DNA of 64,000 nt from NCBI RefSeq assembly GCF_963539245.1, contig NZ_CAUTJW010000010.1; one strand, 5' to 3'. The number at the start of each line of letters is the position of its first letter. Position 1 is the first letter of the stretch. The notes under the pieces were generated by a model. It saw only the letters and a list, made by a program, of their open reading frames with translations. It ran no database searches and was not told the origin of the DNA. The position numbers were made by a program, and so were the translations under genes. This DNA comes from Rothia mucilaginosa. GTDB taxonomy: Bacteria; Actinomycetota; Actinomycetes; Actinomycetales; Micrococcaceae. This document shows, piece after piece, positions 8,488-17,408 of this stretch.

Positions 8488-9324
8488 ATGACACTCAACA
8501 GTGCAGTAACTGACGTACCCACCAGTGAAAACACCGGCCGACACGCCGTATCCACCGCCGCAGTCCCCCTCAGCTTTGAAGACGTCGGGCAATCTTTCCC
8601 CGTGCCCGGCGGAACCCACGAAGTTCTTCGCGGAGTCTCCTTCACCGCAGCCCCCGGCGAGATTATCTCCGTCATCGGCTCCTCCGGATGCGGCAAATCC
8701 ACCCTCCTGCGTGCAGCAGCAGGCCTGAACCGCATCACCGCAGGTACCGTGCGTATCGGCGAGAAGGCAGTGACCGGCCTCGACCCCCGCGTTGCTATCG
8801 GCTTTCAGGAACCGCGCCTGCTCCCCTGGCGCACCGTCGCCGACAACGTGGCGCTCGGACTGCCGCAGGGCACCAAAAAATCTGACGGCGCAGCATCCGT
8901 AGCGCGCCTGCTCGACCTGGTCGGCCTGGGCGAGTATGCAACTCACCGTCCCAAGGAAATTTCAGGCGGTATGGCTCAGCGCGTGTCCCTGGCGCGAGCG
9001 CTCGCACGCAACCCCGGCGTGCTGCTGCTCGACGAGCCCTTCGGTGCTCTGGACGCGCTGACCCGCATCAATATGCAGGATTTGCTGTTGGACGTGCACC
9101 GTCAAGACCCGACCACGATTCTGCTGGTCACCCACGATGTGGAAGAGGCGCTGTACCTCTCTGACCGGGTTATCGTCCTCGGTAAGGACACCCCGGAGGC
9201 GCCCGCCACCATCCAGCGCATTGTGACCGTTGACCGCTCTCACCCGCGTGACCGCGCCGATGCAGAGATCACGGCGCTGCGTAGCGAACTGTTGGCTGAG
9301 CTCGGCGTGGAAGATAACGCCTAA
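8488..9324 (+). CDS. ABC transporter ATP-binding protein, nitrate/sulfonate/taurine (SsuB/TauB-like) family
   Basis: Walker A GSSGCGKST, signature ISGGMAQRVSLARAL and Walker B LLLDEPFGALD are all present. Confidence 0.9.
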   Translation: MTLNSAVTDVPTSENTGRHAVSTAAVPLSFEDVGQSFPVPGGTHEVLRGVSFTAAPGEIISVIGSSGCGKSTLLRAAAGLNRITAGTVRIGEKAVTGLDPRVAIGFQEPRLLPWRTVADNVALGLPQGTKKSDGAASVARLLDLVGLGEYATHRPKEISGGMAQRVSLARALARNPGVLLLDEPFGALDALTRINMQDLLLDVHRQDPTTILLVTHDVEEALYLSDRVIVLGKDTPEAPATIQRIVTVDRSHPRDRADAEITALRSELLAELGVEDNA

Positions 9325-9388
9325 AGCCGTCACGAAACGCATTTTCTACACATCACATCATCATCTTCAGAAGCGAAAAGATTTCATC

Positions 9389-10453
9389 ATGACTTACTCC
9401 CCGTCTCGCCGTACCGCCCTCAAGTCCCTTGCCGCAGCCGCCGCTTTTGCTACTCTGCTTAGCGCCTGCGCCGGTGAAGGTTCCGGTTCCGCTAACGCCT
9501 CCGGTGCTGCCGGTGGTGGCGATCAGAACACCGTGACCATTGACTACGCGACCTACAACCCGCTGTCCCTGATTATCCGTAAGAAGGGTTGGCTTGAGAC
9601 CGCCCTTGCTGCCGAGGGTAAGAAGTTGCAGTGGGTGAAGTCGGCCGGTTCGAACAAGGCGAATGAGGCGCTGCGTAGCGGCAATATTGATGTTGGCTCG
9701 ACCGCCGGTTCGGCGGCACTGCTGGCACGCGCTAATGGCTCCCCCATCAAGGTCATTAGCCTGTACTCGCAGCCGGAGTGGTCGGCTCTGGTGACCCGCA
9801 AGGATTCGGGCATCACCAAGGTTGCGGACCTGAAGGGTAAGACCGTTGCCGTGACCAAAGGTACCGACCCGTACTTCCTGCTGCTGCAGGCGCTCAAGCA
9901 GGAGGGTATTTCTGCTTCGGATCTGACCATTCAGAACCTGCAGCACGCCGACGGCCGCACCGCCCTGGATAACGGTCAGGTCAACGCGTGGAGCGGCCTG
10001 GACCCGATCATGGCTGCCGCCGAGGTGGAAAGCGGCGACGTGCTCTTCTACCGCAACCTGAACTTCAACACCTACGGCTTCCTGAACGCGACCGAGAAGT
10101 TCATTCAGTCCAACCCGACCGCCGCACAGACCATCGTGGACGTGTACGAGTACGCTCGCGCCTGGGCTAAGAAGAACCCCGAAGAGGCTGTGAAGATTGT
10201 CGAGGAGGAGTCCGGCATTAAGCACGAGACCGCCCAGGTCGTCATGGAGCGCACCCACCTGGATATTGACCCGGTTCCGGGCGCTAAGCAGGTTGAGGTT
10301 CTCAAGGGTGTCGGCCCGATTCTGGTCGAGTCCGGCGACGTTCCCTCCCAGTCCGACGTGGACAAGGCACTGAACAGCATTGTGGACGACCAGTTCGCAA
10401 AGAAGGCTGACAGCGCAGCCGTCGAGAAGATCGCAAAGGTGGTTGAGAAGTAA
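9389..10453 (+). CDS. Sulfonate-type (SsuA/NMT1-like) substrate-binding lipoprotein
   Basis: The signal peptide has a twin-Arg and a lipobox (SRRTALKSLAAAAAFATLLSAC). The periplasmic binding-protein body is in operon context with the SsuB/SsuC-like genes. The start was set at ATG 9389, preceded by a purine-rich (GAAAAG) weak SD-like stretch; the upstream part of ORF 9230 overlaps the ATPase gene. Confidence 0.85.
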   Translation: MTYSPSRRTALKSLAAAAAFATLLSACAGEGSGSANASGAAGGGDQNTVTIDYATYNPLSLIIRKKGWLETALAAEGKKLQWVKSAGSNKANEALRSGNIDVGSTAGSAALLARANGSPIKVISLYSQPEWSALVTRKDSGITKVADLKGKTVAVTKGTDPYFLLLQALKQEGISASDLTIQNLQHADGRTALDNGQVNAWSGLDPIMAAAEVESGDVLFYRNLNFNTYGFLNATEKFIQSNPTAAQTIVDVYEYARAWAKKNPEEAVKIVEEESGIKHETAQVVMERTHLDIDPVPGAKQVEVLKGVGPILVESGDVPSQSDVDKALNSIVDDQFAKKADSAAVEKIAKVVEK

Positions 10454-11295
10454 TGACCGCCGCAACGATTACCGCCGCCTCCAGCGCTCGCGCTGAGCGT
10501 GCCGAGAAGCGTGTCTCTTCCGTGAAGCTGCCGTCGAACCCGTTCGCCGGTAAGCAGTACCTGGGCCTGATTCTTCCCCTGGCGCTGATTGCCCTCTGGT
10601 ACATTCTGAGCACGAACGGCGTGTTCACCCAGGTTCAGCTGCCCTCCCCCGACCGTGTGGTCAGTGCCGGTGTTGAACTGGCGCAGCGCGGCGAGTTGGG
10701 CCGCCACGTGGCGATTTCTACTCAGCGTGTGCTGATTGGTTTCGGTATTGGTGCCGTGCTCGGCCTGGTGCTGGGTGCGCTGATTGGCTTGTCTGCGCCG
10801 GTGCGTCTGATTGCCGCGCCGACCATTGGTGCGCTGCGTGCCGTGCCCTCCCTGGCGTGGGTTCCGCTGCTTCTGCTGTGGATTGGTATCGGCGAGAATT
10901 CCAAGGTGACCCTGGTTGCTATTGGTGCATTCTTCCCGGTGTACACCACGGTTTCTGCGGCTCTGGCGCACGTTGACCCCAAGCTCGTGGAGGCGGCGCG
11001 CGCCTTCGGTCTGAAGGGTCTGCGCCTGTTCACCACGGTTCAGCTTCCCGCGGTTCTGCCGTCGGTGGTGTCGGGTCTGCGTCTGGCGCTGGCTCAGGCG
11101 TGGCTGTTCCTGGTCGCCGCTGAGCTGCTGGGTGCGTCCATGGGTCTGGGTTACCTGCTGACCGATTCGCAGAATAACGGCCGCACCGACCGCCTGCTGC
11201 TGGCTATTGTGGCGCTGGCGGTGCTCGGTAAGATTACCGACGCGCTGGTGGGCGTGTTCGAGCGCTGGGTGAAGGCGAAGTACCCCAGCAACTAG
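10453..11295 (+). CDS. ABC transporter permease (SsuC-like, BPD_transp_1)
   Basis: The product has six predicted TM segments and the EAA-like loop EAARAFGLKGLRLFTTVQLP. A TAATG stop/start overlap links it to the binding-protein gene. Confidence 0.9.
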   Translation: MTAATITAASSARAERAEKRVSSVKLPSNPFAGKQYLGLILPLALIALWYILSTNGVFTQVQLPSPDRVVSAGVELAQRGELGRHVAISTQRVLIGFGIGAVLGLVLGALIGLSAPVRLIAAPTIGALRAVPSLAWVPLLLLWIGIGENSKVTLVAIGAFFPVYTTVSAALAHVDPKLVEAARAFGLKGLRLFTTVQLPAVLPSVVSGLRLALAQAWLFLVAAELLGASMGLGYLLTDSQNNGRTDRLLLAIVALAVLGKITDALVGVFERWVKAKYPSN

Positions 11296-11585
11296 CACCA
11301 CAGCTAGACGCAACGCTCAGCACGCGCTGAGTTTTAGGAGAGATGTCCGCCGCGTGGTTGCTCCTCTGAAGGTGAGCTAATCATCGCTACGCGCCGGAGA
11401 AAGAAGTCGGCGGGGAAACCTGTCGCCTACTGAATGATGATGATGAATCCCGCCCCGCGCCCCACAGCAGTGAGCGCGGGGCGGGGTCTTTTAAATATGT
11501 CGGAATATTACGAACCGATACGCAGCATGCCGAATATGACGGTCCCCTTTGCGTCCGAGCCCGGAGCGCGCTTTACTAAGAAGGC

Positions 11586-11720
11586 AAACCATCCAGAGCG
11601 ACCGAGAGACCTGGCTCAATGACGTCGCAGCAACCCCCTCGCCAACGCACACACAGACCCCACGGTCACACAGACAGCGGCACGGCAAGCAAGGGTGCTA
11701 ATGCCAGCAACCGATGGGAG
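11586..11720 (+). promoter_or_regulatory. SAM-I-clan riboswitch immediately upstream of acs
   Basis: The 5' half CCAUCCAGAGCGACCGAGAGACCUGGCUCAAUGACGUCGCAGCAACC is nearly identical to the element at 8386. A longer P3 follows, then GGGUGCUAAUGCCAGCAACCGAUGGGAG. The 3' P1 strand overlaps the GGGAG SD of ATG 11725. Confidence 0.7.
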
Positions 11721-11724
11721 AATA

Positions 11725-13848
11725 ATGGGACTGCCCACCCCCTACTCGTTCACCGACCCGCTGAACCCCACCCCGAACCCCGCCCACGAATCTGACGAGG
11801 CACGCGTCGCGTTCTGGGAGAAGCAGGCACAGCGCCTCACCTGGGCTGAGCCCTGGCACACCGCGCACCGCTTCGAGAAGCCGAAGTCCCTCGGCTTCGA
11901 TGAGGACGGCATCGAACAGTTCACGATTCCTGAAATTAAGTGGTTCGAGGGCGGTAAGCTCAACGTCACCTACAACTGCGTAGACCGCCACGTGGAGGCG
12001 GGCCGCGGCGACAAGGTCGCCCTCTACTTTGAAGGTGAACCCGGCGACCGTGAGGCCATCACCTACGCCGAGCTGCAGCGCCGCATCGCGAAGGCAGCGA
12101 ACGGTCTGCTGTCCCTGGGCGTGCGCAAGGGTGACCGCGTGGTCATCTACCTGCCCGTCATCCCCGAAACCATTATTTTCACCCTCGCCTGCGCGCGTAT
12201 TGGCGCGATTCATTCCCTCGTGTTCGGTGGTTTCTCCGCCGAGGCGCTGAAGTTCCGTGTGGAAGACACCGGCGCGAAGGTCCTCATCACCACCGACGGC
12301 CAGAACCGCCGCGGCAAGGTCGTTCCCGTGAAGGTAAACGCTGATGAGGCATGCTCCGGTGAGAACAACATTGAGCACGTGATCGTGGTGGACCGCACCA
12401 GCGCCTCCGACCCGGTTGCGCACGCCGCTGTGCCGTGGACTGAGGGCCGCGACGTCTGGTACCACGACCTGGTGGACGATCAGCCGGACACCCACGCCTA
12501 CGAGCTGCACGACGCCGAGGATCCGCTGTTCATTATTTACACCTCCGGCACGACCGGTAAGCCCAAGGGCCTGGTGCACACCATGGCAGGTTACCTGGTG
12601 CAGACCGCGTACACTCACGCGCTGCTCTACGATCTGCTGCCGGATTACGTGGACGAGAACGGCGTGCTGCGCCCCGACGAGCTGTCGGCGGTCAACGACT
12701 CGGAAAAGGTAGAGTCCACCGTTCACTGGTGCACCGCCGACCTGGCCTGGGTGACCGCGCACACCTACGAAATTTACGGCCCGCTGGTGAACGGTGTCTC
12801 CGAGGTGATTTACGAGGGTACCCCGAACACCCCGCATTACGGCCGCCACTTTGAGGTCATTGAACGCTACGGTGTGACCAACTACTACACCGCACCGACC
12901 CTGATTCGTTCCCTCATGGGTGCGTTCCCGAACGGCCCGGAGCCCGGCAAGTACGACTTCTCGACCGTGCGTCTGCTCGGTTCGGTGGGCGAATCCATCA
13001 ACCCGGAGGCGTGGCGTTGGCTGCGTCAGCACGTGGGCGGCGGCACCGCGGCGTTCATCGACACCTGGTGGCAGTCGGAGACCGGTTCGACCGTGTGCTC
13101 CCCGCGCCCGCACGACCCGGCGTTCGCGCCCGAGGGCACCTACCCGGAGGGCACCCCGCACTGCACTCCCCTACCCGGTTGCGCTACCCGCGCCGTTCCC
13201 GGCGTGTCCACCCGCGTGGTCGATGAGCACGGCGACCCGGTCGAACCCGGCAAGCAGGGCTTCATCGTGGTCGATAAGATTGGTCCCTCCATGGCTCGTA
13301 CCGTGTGGCAGAACCCGCAGCGATACCTGGATTCCTATTGGCGTCACTACGGCGAGCGCGGCTGGTTCCTCGCCGGCGACGGCGCGAAGGAAGACGAAGA
13401 GGGTAACGTGTACATCCTCGGCCGTATTGATGACGTGATCAACATTTCGGGTCACCGCCTGTCCACGATCGAGATTGAGTCGGCTCTGGTGACTCACCCG
13501 GCTGTGGTTGAGGCTGGTGTCTGCCCCGTGGAGGATGAGCTGACCGGTCACCAGGCGGTCGCCTACGTGACGCTCACCGATGAGGGTAAGGTCCTGACTG
13601 AGGATGAGTTGAAGGCAGCGCTGACCGCGCATGTGCGTGAGCACATTGGCCCGATTGCTAAGCCGAAGGACGTTGTGGCGGTTGCCGATATCCCGAAGAC
13701 CCGTTCGGGTAAGATTACTCGCCGTCTGCTCGGTGAGCTGTACCAGGGCCGTTCTTTGGGCGATGTTTCGTCGCTGCAGAATGAGGAGGCGCTGGGCCAC
13801 ATCGCGCAGGTGCTGGTGGATACCGGCCGCGTGGTCGAGGCTGTCTAG
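11725..13848 (+). CDS. acs: Acetyl-CoA synthetase (AMP-forming)
   Basis: WFEGGKLNVTYNCVDRH, the AMP-binding motif YTSGTTGKPKG and C-terminal PKTRSGKITRR are present. The start was moved to ATG 11725 because the first 10 codons of the track ORF lie inside the riboswitch. Confidence 0.9.
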   Translation: MGLPTPYSFTDPLNPTPNPAHESDEARVAFWEKQAQRLTWAEPWHTAHRFEKPKSLGFDEDGIEQFTIPEIKWFEGGKLNVTYNCVDRHVEAGRGDKVALYFEGEPGDREAITYAELQRRIAKAANGLLSLGVRKGDRVVIYLPVIPETIIFTLACARIGAIHSLVFGGFSAEALKFRVEDTGAKVLITTDGQNRRGKVVPVKVNADEACSGENNIEHVIVVDRTSASDPVAHAAVPWTEGRDVWYHDLVDDQPDTHAYELHDAEDPLFIIYTSGTTGKPKGLVHTMAGYLVQTAYTHALLYDLLPDYVDENGVLRPDELSAVNDSEKVESTVHWCTADLAWVTAHTYEIYGPLVNGVSEVIYEGTPNTPHYGRHFEVIERYGVTNYYTAPTLIRSLMGAFPNGPEPGKYDFSTVRLLGSVGESINPEAWRWLRQHVGGGTAAFIDTWWQSETGSTVCSPRPHDPAFAPEGTYPEGTPHCTPLPGCATRAVPGVSTRVVDEHGDPVEPGKQGFIVVDKIGPSMARTVWQNPQRYLDSYWRHYGERGWFLAGDGAKEDEEGNVYILGRIDDVINISGHRLSTIEIESALVTHPAVVEAGVCPVEDELTGHQAVAYVTLTDEGKVLTEDELKAALTAHVREHIGPIAKPKDVVAVADIPKTRSGKITRRLLGELYQGRSLGDVSSLQNEEALGHIAQVLVDTGRVVEAV

Positions 13849-13894
13849 GCTCCGTAGCTGGCCTGCAAGCTGCGTAGAGTAGCTGCATAGAGTA

Positions 13895-13934
13895 AAGGTG
13901 CGGATACCGAATGATGATTCGGTATCCGCACCTT
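13895..13934. terminator. Bidirectional terminator between acs and the metalloprotease gene
   Basis: AAGGTGCGGATACCGAAT-GATG-ATTCGGTATCCGCACCTT is a perfect 18-bp stem followed by ACTGTTTTATT. Confidence 0.8.
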
Positions 13935-13988
13935 ACTGTTTTATTGAGCTGGCAAGGGTATTTATCGGCGGTGTGCCGCCCAGCCAGC

Positions 13989-15077
13989 CTACTTAATCAG
14001 GCCCAGCGAACGAGCGTGTTCGGCGGTAATGCCGCTCGGTTCAATGTGCTCGGGGCCCTTGTCCTTCTCGGGGTGCTCGGTCGCCTGGAAGCGGATCATC
14101 TTCACATCGTTTGCCGCGCCCAGGTTCGTGATCATGCCGTCACCGTTGAGGTCCACGGATACCGGCTCGGTGTCGATCTTGCCGTTGCCGTTGAAGTCAA
14201 TCGGCTGGTTGGCGGGCTTGCCCTTGTACAGGAAGCCAGCCGCGCGGGGACCGAAGCCGCGCGCCTCGTACAGCTTCGCCTCGTTGAGCATGCGGTACTC
14301 GGCGGTGGAGTAGCCGAAGTAGCGGCTACCGTCAGCCATGGGCACGCCGGTGAGGGTGTACTGGTAGTTCATGACGCTGTAGTAGTTGGGCTTGTAGTTG
14401 ATTTCGTCCCAGCCGCCGTGGCTCAGTGCGAGGTTGTGGCCGAGCTCGTGCACGAACACTGCCACGCGGATGTCGCTGCTTGCCGTGCCCCAGAAGTGCG
14501 GGCCGACGGTGACCATAAAGTTACGACCGCCGAAGTTAGCGATACCGGAGGAGTAGCTGTTGTCGTAGTAGTCGCCCCAGATCATGTAGTGGAAGGTGCC
14601 TTCGCGGGCGGGGTTGAACTTACCTTCGGTTGCCTTGATGCGGTGGAGCGCCTTGAATTCGCTGTCCAGTGCCTGGTAGCTGATTTCGTTGCCGCCGCCG
14701 AGGTTGTACTTGGCGCTGCGAGCGCTACCTGCGTCCAGGTGAATGTTCACACCGGTGGTGCCGTCGGGGTTGCGCAGGGGCAGGTCGGCGTAGATCTTGG
14801 TGATGCGGTCCAGTTCGTCTTCGCTGGGCAGCAGGCCCGCCATGTAGTCCATCTCGACGAAGATGTCCTTGTGGTTGGGGTCGGCGCCCAGTGCGGGGAA
14901 GTCGACGTCGATCTTGCCGTCGCCGTCGGCGTCGTAGCCCTTCAGTTCCCAGGTGTTGGGGATGCCATCGCCGTCGATGTCGGGGCTGTAGGCGTTTGCC
15001 GCGGGGGCTGCGATGGTGCCCAGGCAGAGCACTGCGAGGGAGGCAAGCGTGACGCGTGCGCTCTTCAGAAATGCCAT
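13989..15077 (-). CDS. Secreted zinc metalloprotease (HExxHxxxxxH zincin) with Ca-binding DxDxDG repeats
   Basis: The signal peptide is MAFLKSARVTLASLAVLCLGTIAAPAANA, and the active site is VFVHELGHNLALSHGG. Several thrombospondin-type-3-like DIDGDGIPN / DADGDGKID / DLNGDGMI motifs are present. Confidence 0.8.
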   Translation of the reverse strand: MAFLKSARVTLASLAVLCLGTIAAPAANAYSPDIDGDGIPNTWELKGYDADGDGKIDVDFPALGADPNHKDIFVEMDYMAGLLPSEDELDRITKIYADLPLRNPDGTTGVNIHLDAGSARSAKYNLGGGNEISYQALDSEFKALHRIKATEGKFNPAREGTFHYMIWGDYYDNSYSSGIANFGGRNFMVTVGPHFWGTASSDIRVAVFVHELGHNLALSHGGWDEINYKPNYYSVMNYQYTLTGVPMADGSRYFGYSTAEYRMLNEAKLYEARGFGPRAAGFLYKGKPANQPIDFNGNGKIDTEPVSVDLNGDGMITNLGAANDVKMIRFQATEHPEKDKGPEHIEPSGITAEHARSLGLIK

Positions 15078-15309
15078 GTTGTGTTCCTTAGTGTGTGGTG
15101 ACCGGTGGTGTTTCGGTGGAGCTTGCCGGGAGGACGTTCTCCACGGTTTCCATGATGCTCCCGTTTCACGCGCTAGGTGAGCTGGGTGCCGTAATGTTCA
15201 TACATTGAGGTAATAGTTGAGATAATTTTGAAGATGAGCTGAATTACATTAGAGTATCAGTAATTCAAATCACACGCATCACCACATTCTTAATGACAAG
15301 AGAGATCCC

Positions 15310-16161
15310 ATGACTTCTTCCCCTAATACCGCGCGCAACCTGAACCGCCGCTCCCTCGTCAAGGGTGCCGTCTGGAGCGCCCCCGTTATCGCAACCGCCG
15401 CAGCGGTACCCGCCTACGCGGCATCCACCGACGCGCAGGAAACCCCGACCCTGAAGTTCGGTGTCTTCACCCAGGCGTTCAACTCGAACCCCTCCAACGA
15501 CTTTGATACCCGCTACGGTCTGGACTCCTACACCGTGCAGGTTCCCAACATCACCGCAACCTCCACCACCCCGCAGAGCCGCGGCGGCGGCACCTTCACC
15601 CCCGGAGGTAGCGTCGGCGCCGGCCTGTACGGTGGCGCGGGCCTGTGGATTTCCGCGCCCATCAACTCCAAGGGCGAGTTCCAGGGTAGCTCCTGGCTGT
15701 ACCCTCAGGCGCACCTGCAGGTGACCTTCGAGTTCACTTTCCCCACCGCCGCGGACGTCACCGACCCGCTGCTGTGGGACACCGAGAACGACGTTGAGAT
15801 CCCGGCACTCGCCAAGAGTGCGGGCGGCGCAAAGACCAACAACCCCGCCGTGGCGGCGTTCAACGGCATCGCATACACTGCGAAGTTCTACGAGCCGACC
15901 ATCGAGGACAACGTCTGGACCGGCGTACTGGACATCCGCACCTCCGACTACCTGGAAGCCACCGCGAAGGACGGCGTGAGCTACGCACAGGTGCTGGCTT
16001 CGCTGGTTCCGGTGTACTTCACCGAGGTGACCTCCAGCTACACCCTGACCACCACCGCTCAGATCACCAGCGGTAACGTCGCAATGCAGCTGACCGAGGG
16101 TGGCGAGTACACCTTCCAGGACCTGGCTGGTTTGCGCGCTTCGGCAACCATCAGCCGCTAA
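15310..16161 (+). CDS. Secreted hypothetical protein with Tat-type signal
   Basis: NRRSLVKGAVWSAPVIATAAAVPAYA is a twin-arginine signal. Composition is native high-GC, and I recognise no family. Confidence 0.6.
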   Translation: MTSSPNTARNLNRRSLVKGAVWSAPVIATAAAVPAYAASTDAQETPTLKFGVFTQAFNSNPSNDFDTRYGLDSYTVQVPNITATSTTPQSRGGGTFTPGGSVGAGLYGGAGLWISAPINSKGEFQGSSWLYPQAHLQVTFEFTFPTAADVTDPLLWDTENDVEIPALAKSAGGAKTNNPAVAAFNGIAYTAKFYEPTIEDNVWTGVLDIRTSDYLEATAKDGVSYAQVLASLVPVYFTEVTSSYTLTTTAQITSGNVAMQLTEGGEYTFQDLAGLRASATISR

Positions 16162-16172
16162 CGCCACAGCAA

Positions 16173-16217
16173 GCAGAGAGGGGCCCGGCATCCATACTGG
16201 ATGCCGGGCCCCTCTGC
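16173..16217 (+). terminator. Rho-independent terminator
   Basis: The hairpin is GCAGAGAGGGGCCCGGCATCC-loop-GGATGCCGGGCCCCTCTGC, followed by TTT. Confidence 0.75.
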
Positions 16218-16331
16218 TTTAGGACTCAGCCTACCGGCTGCCGCCGAGGTAAATTGTCGCAAAAAGTAGTTCCCAAAAAAAGAGAACTGTATTACAATGT
16301 ATATATAGTCTTTAGGAACGAGGTACCAACT

Positions 16332-16940
16332 ATGGAAAACCTAGTAATTTCAGTCTTTAACACCGAAAGCGAAGCTTATCAGTCCTTTGCAGATTTGAAG
16401 GCTTTCCGCCAAACTCAGACGACCAAGGTTGCTCAAATCGCCCTGGTCAAAAATGAAAACGGTCATATCGTTGAAAAAGAACGCTATGATTTTGAAGATT
16501 CAACGACGAATGCAACCCTAAAAGGTGGCTTGCTCGGTGCAGTTATCGGGCTTTTGGGTGGTCCTATCGGCGTCTTGTTTGGTTATGGTATTGGTAGCCT
16601 CAATGGTTTGGTTGCTGGTGCTACCGTTGATACGGCAGAAGCTGGCCTGATTGACGTTGTTTCTCAAAAATTGACTAACGGTGAAACAGCCGTTGTTGCC
16701 TTGGTGCAAGAAGACAACGAAGCAGTCATCGATGCTTACTTCACCAAGTACGACACCCAAATCGTGCGTTGGGATGTAGCAACCGTCGTAGCCGAAATCG
16801 AAGCAGCTCTGCAAGTCCAAGAAGACCTCTACAACCAGGCGCGTGCACAGATGAAGGCTGAACGTAAAGCCGAACGCAAGGCTAAGCTTGAAGAATTCAA
16901 GGCGAATGTCAAAGCAAAGTTTGACAAATTGAAAGCGTAA
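16332..16940 (+). CDS. Hypothetical glycine-zipper membrane protein of low-GC (Firmicutes-like) composition
   Basis: The sequence begins MENLVISVFNTESEAYQSF, has a central GGLLGAVIGLLGGPIGVLFGYGIGSLNGLVAG segment and a Lys/Glu-rich tail. Codon usage is AT-rich and unlike the neighbours. The SD is AGGAACGAGG. Confidence 0.7.
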   Translation: MENLVISVFNTESEAYQSFADLKAFRQTQTTKVAQIALVKNENGHIVEKERYDFEDSTTNATLKGGLLGAVIGLLGGPIGVLFGYGIGSLNGLVAGATVDTAEAGLIDVVSQKLTNGETAVVALVQEDNEAVIDAYFTKYDTQIVRWDVATVVAEIEAALQVQEDLYNQARAQMKAERKAERKAKLEEFKANVKAKFDKLKA

Positions 16941-16957
16941 GCACCCAAGCATCTCAT

Positions 16958-16999
16958 AAAAAATAGGCTATCTACTTCTGGTAGATAGCCTATTTTTTT
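16958..16999 (+). terminator. Firmicutes-style rho-independent terminator
   Basis: AAAAAATAGGCTATCTAC-TTCTG-GTAGATAGCCTATTTTTT has an A-tract before and a T-tract after. Confidence 0.85.
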
Positions 17000-17116
17000 A
17001 AAAACTAGATTTTAGAAAGAGGAAGTGAGGATTTTGGCTCAAGATCTTGAACAAATCAAGGAAGACAATGGCAAAAATACCAAACTCAAGGTGGGGATTT
17101 TAGCCATCTCTCTTTC

Positions 17117-17255
17117 TCCAGGTGGATGTTGATGCCGGTGGTGCCGTTCGGGTTGCGGAGGGGAAGCTGGGCGAAGGATTCGGTGATGCGGTCGAGCTCA
17201 TCCTCGCTAGCGAGCAGACCGGGCATGTAATCCATCTCCACGAAGATGTCCTTCT
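17117..17255 (-). pseudogene. Internal fragment (~46 codons) of a paralog of the 13989-15077 metalloprotease
   Basis: The nucleotide sequence aligns by eye with 14735-14873 at about three quarters identity. The minus-strand reading is KDIFVEMDYMPGLLASEDELDRITESFAQLPLRNPNGTTGINIHL, versus KDIFVEMDYMAGLLPSEDELDRITKIYADLPLRNPDGTTGVNIHL. Neither the start nor the catalytic region is present. Confidence 0.75.
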
Positions 17256-17408
17256 ACAGCGGGTTATTGCGCTCTCACGAGGTTTCAACACCTCAGGGCA
17301 ACAATAACCCGCTTCATCATACACAGAGTGCATATAGATTTTCTCCGGTATAGCACCATATCTCAGGTTATGCACCGCTTATGCCGTAAAAGCGCTCTGA
17401 TAAGCCTT

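Noticed and set aside
17040-17135. Short chimeric ORF (MAQDLEQIKEDNGKNTKLKVGILAISLSPGGC) at the right edge of the Firmicutes-like insert.
   Set aside because: It appears to be the truncated 5' end of a foreign gene fused out of frame to the protease remnant. It is unlikely to be a functional gene and is reported only as evidence for the insertion.
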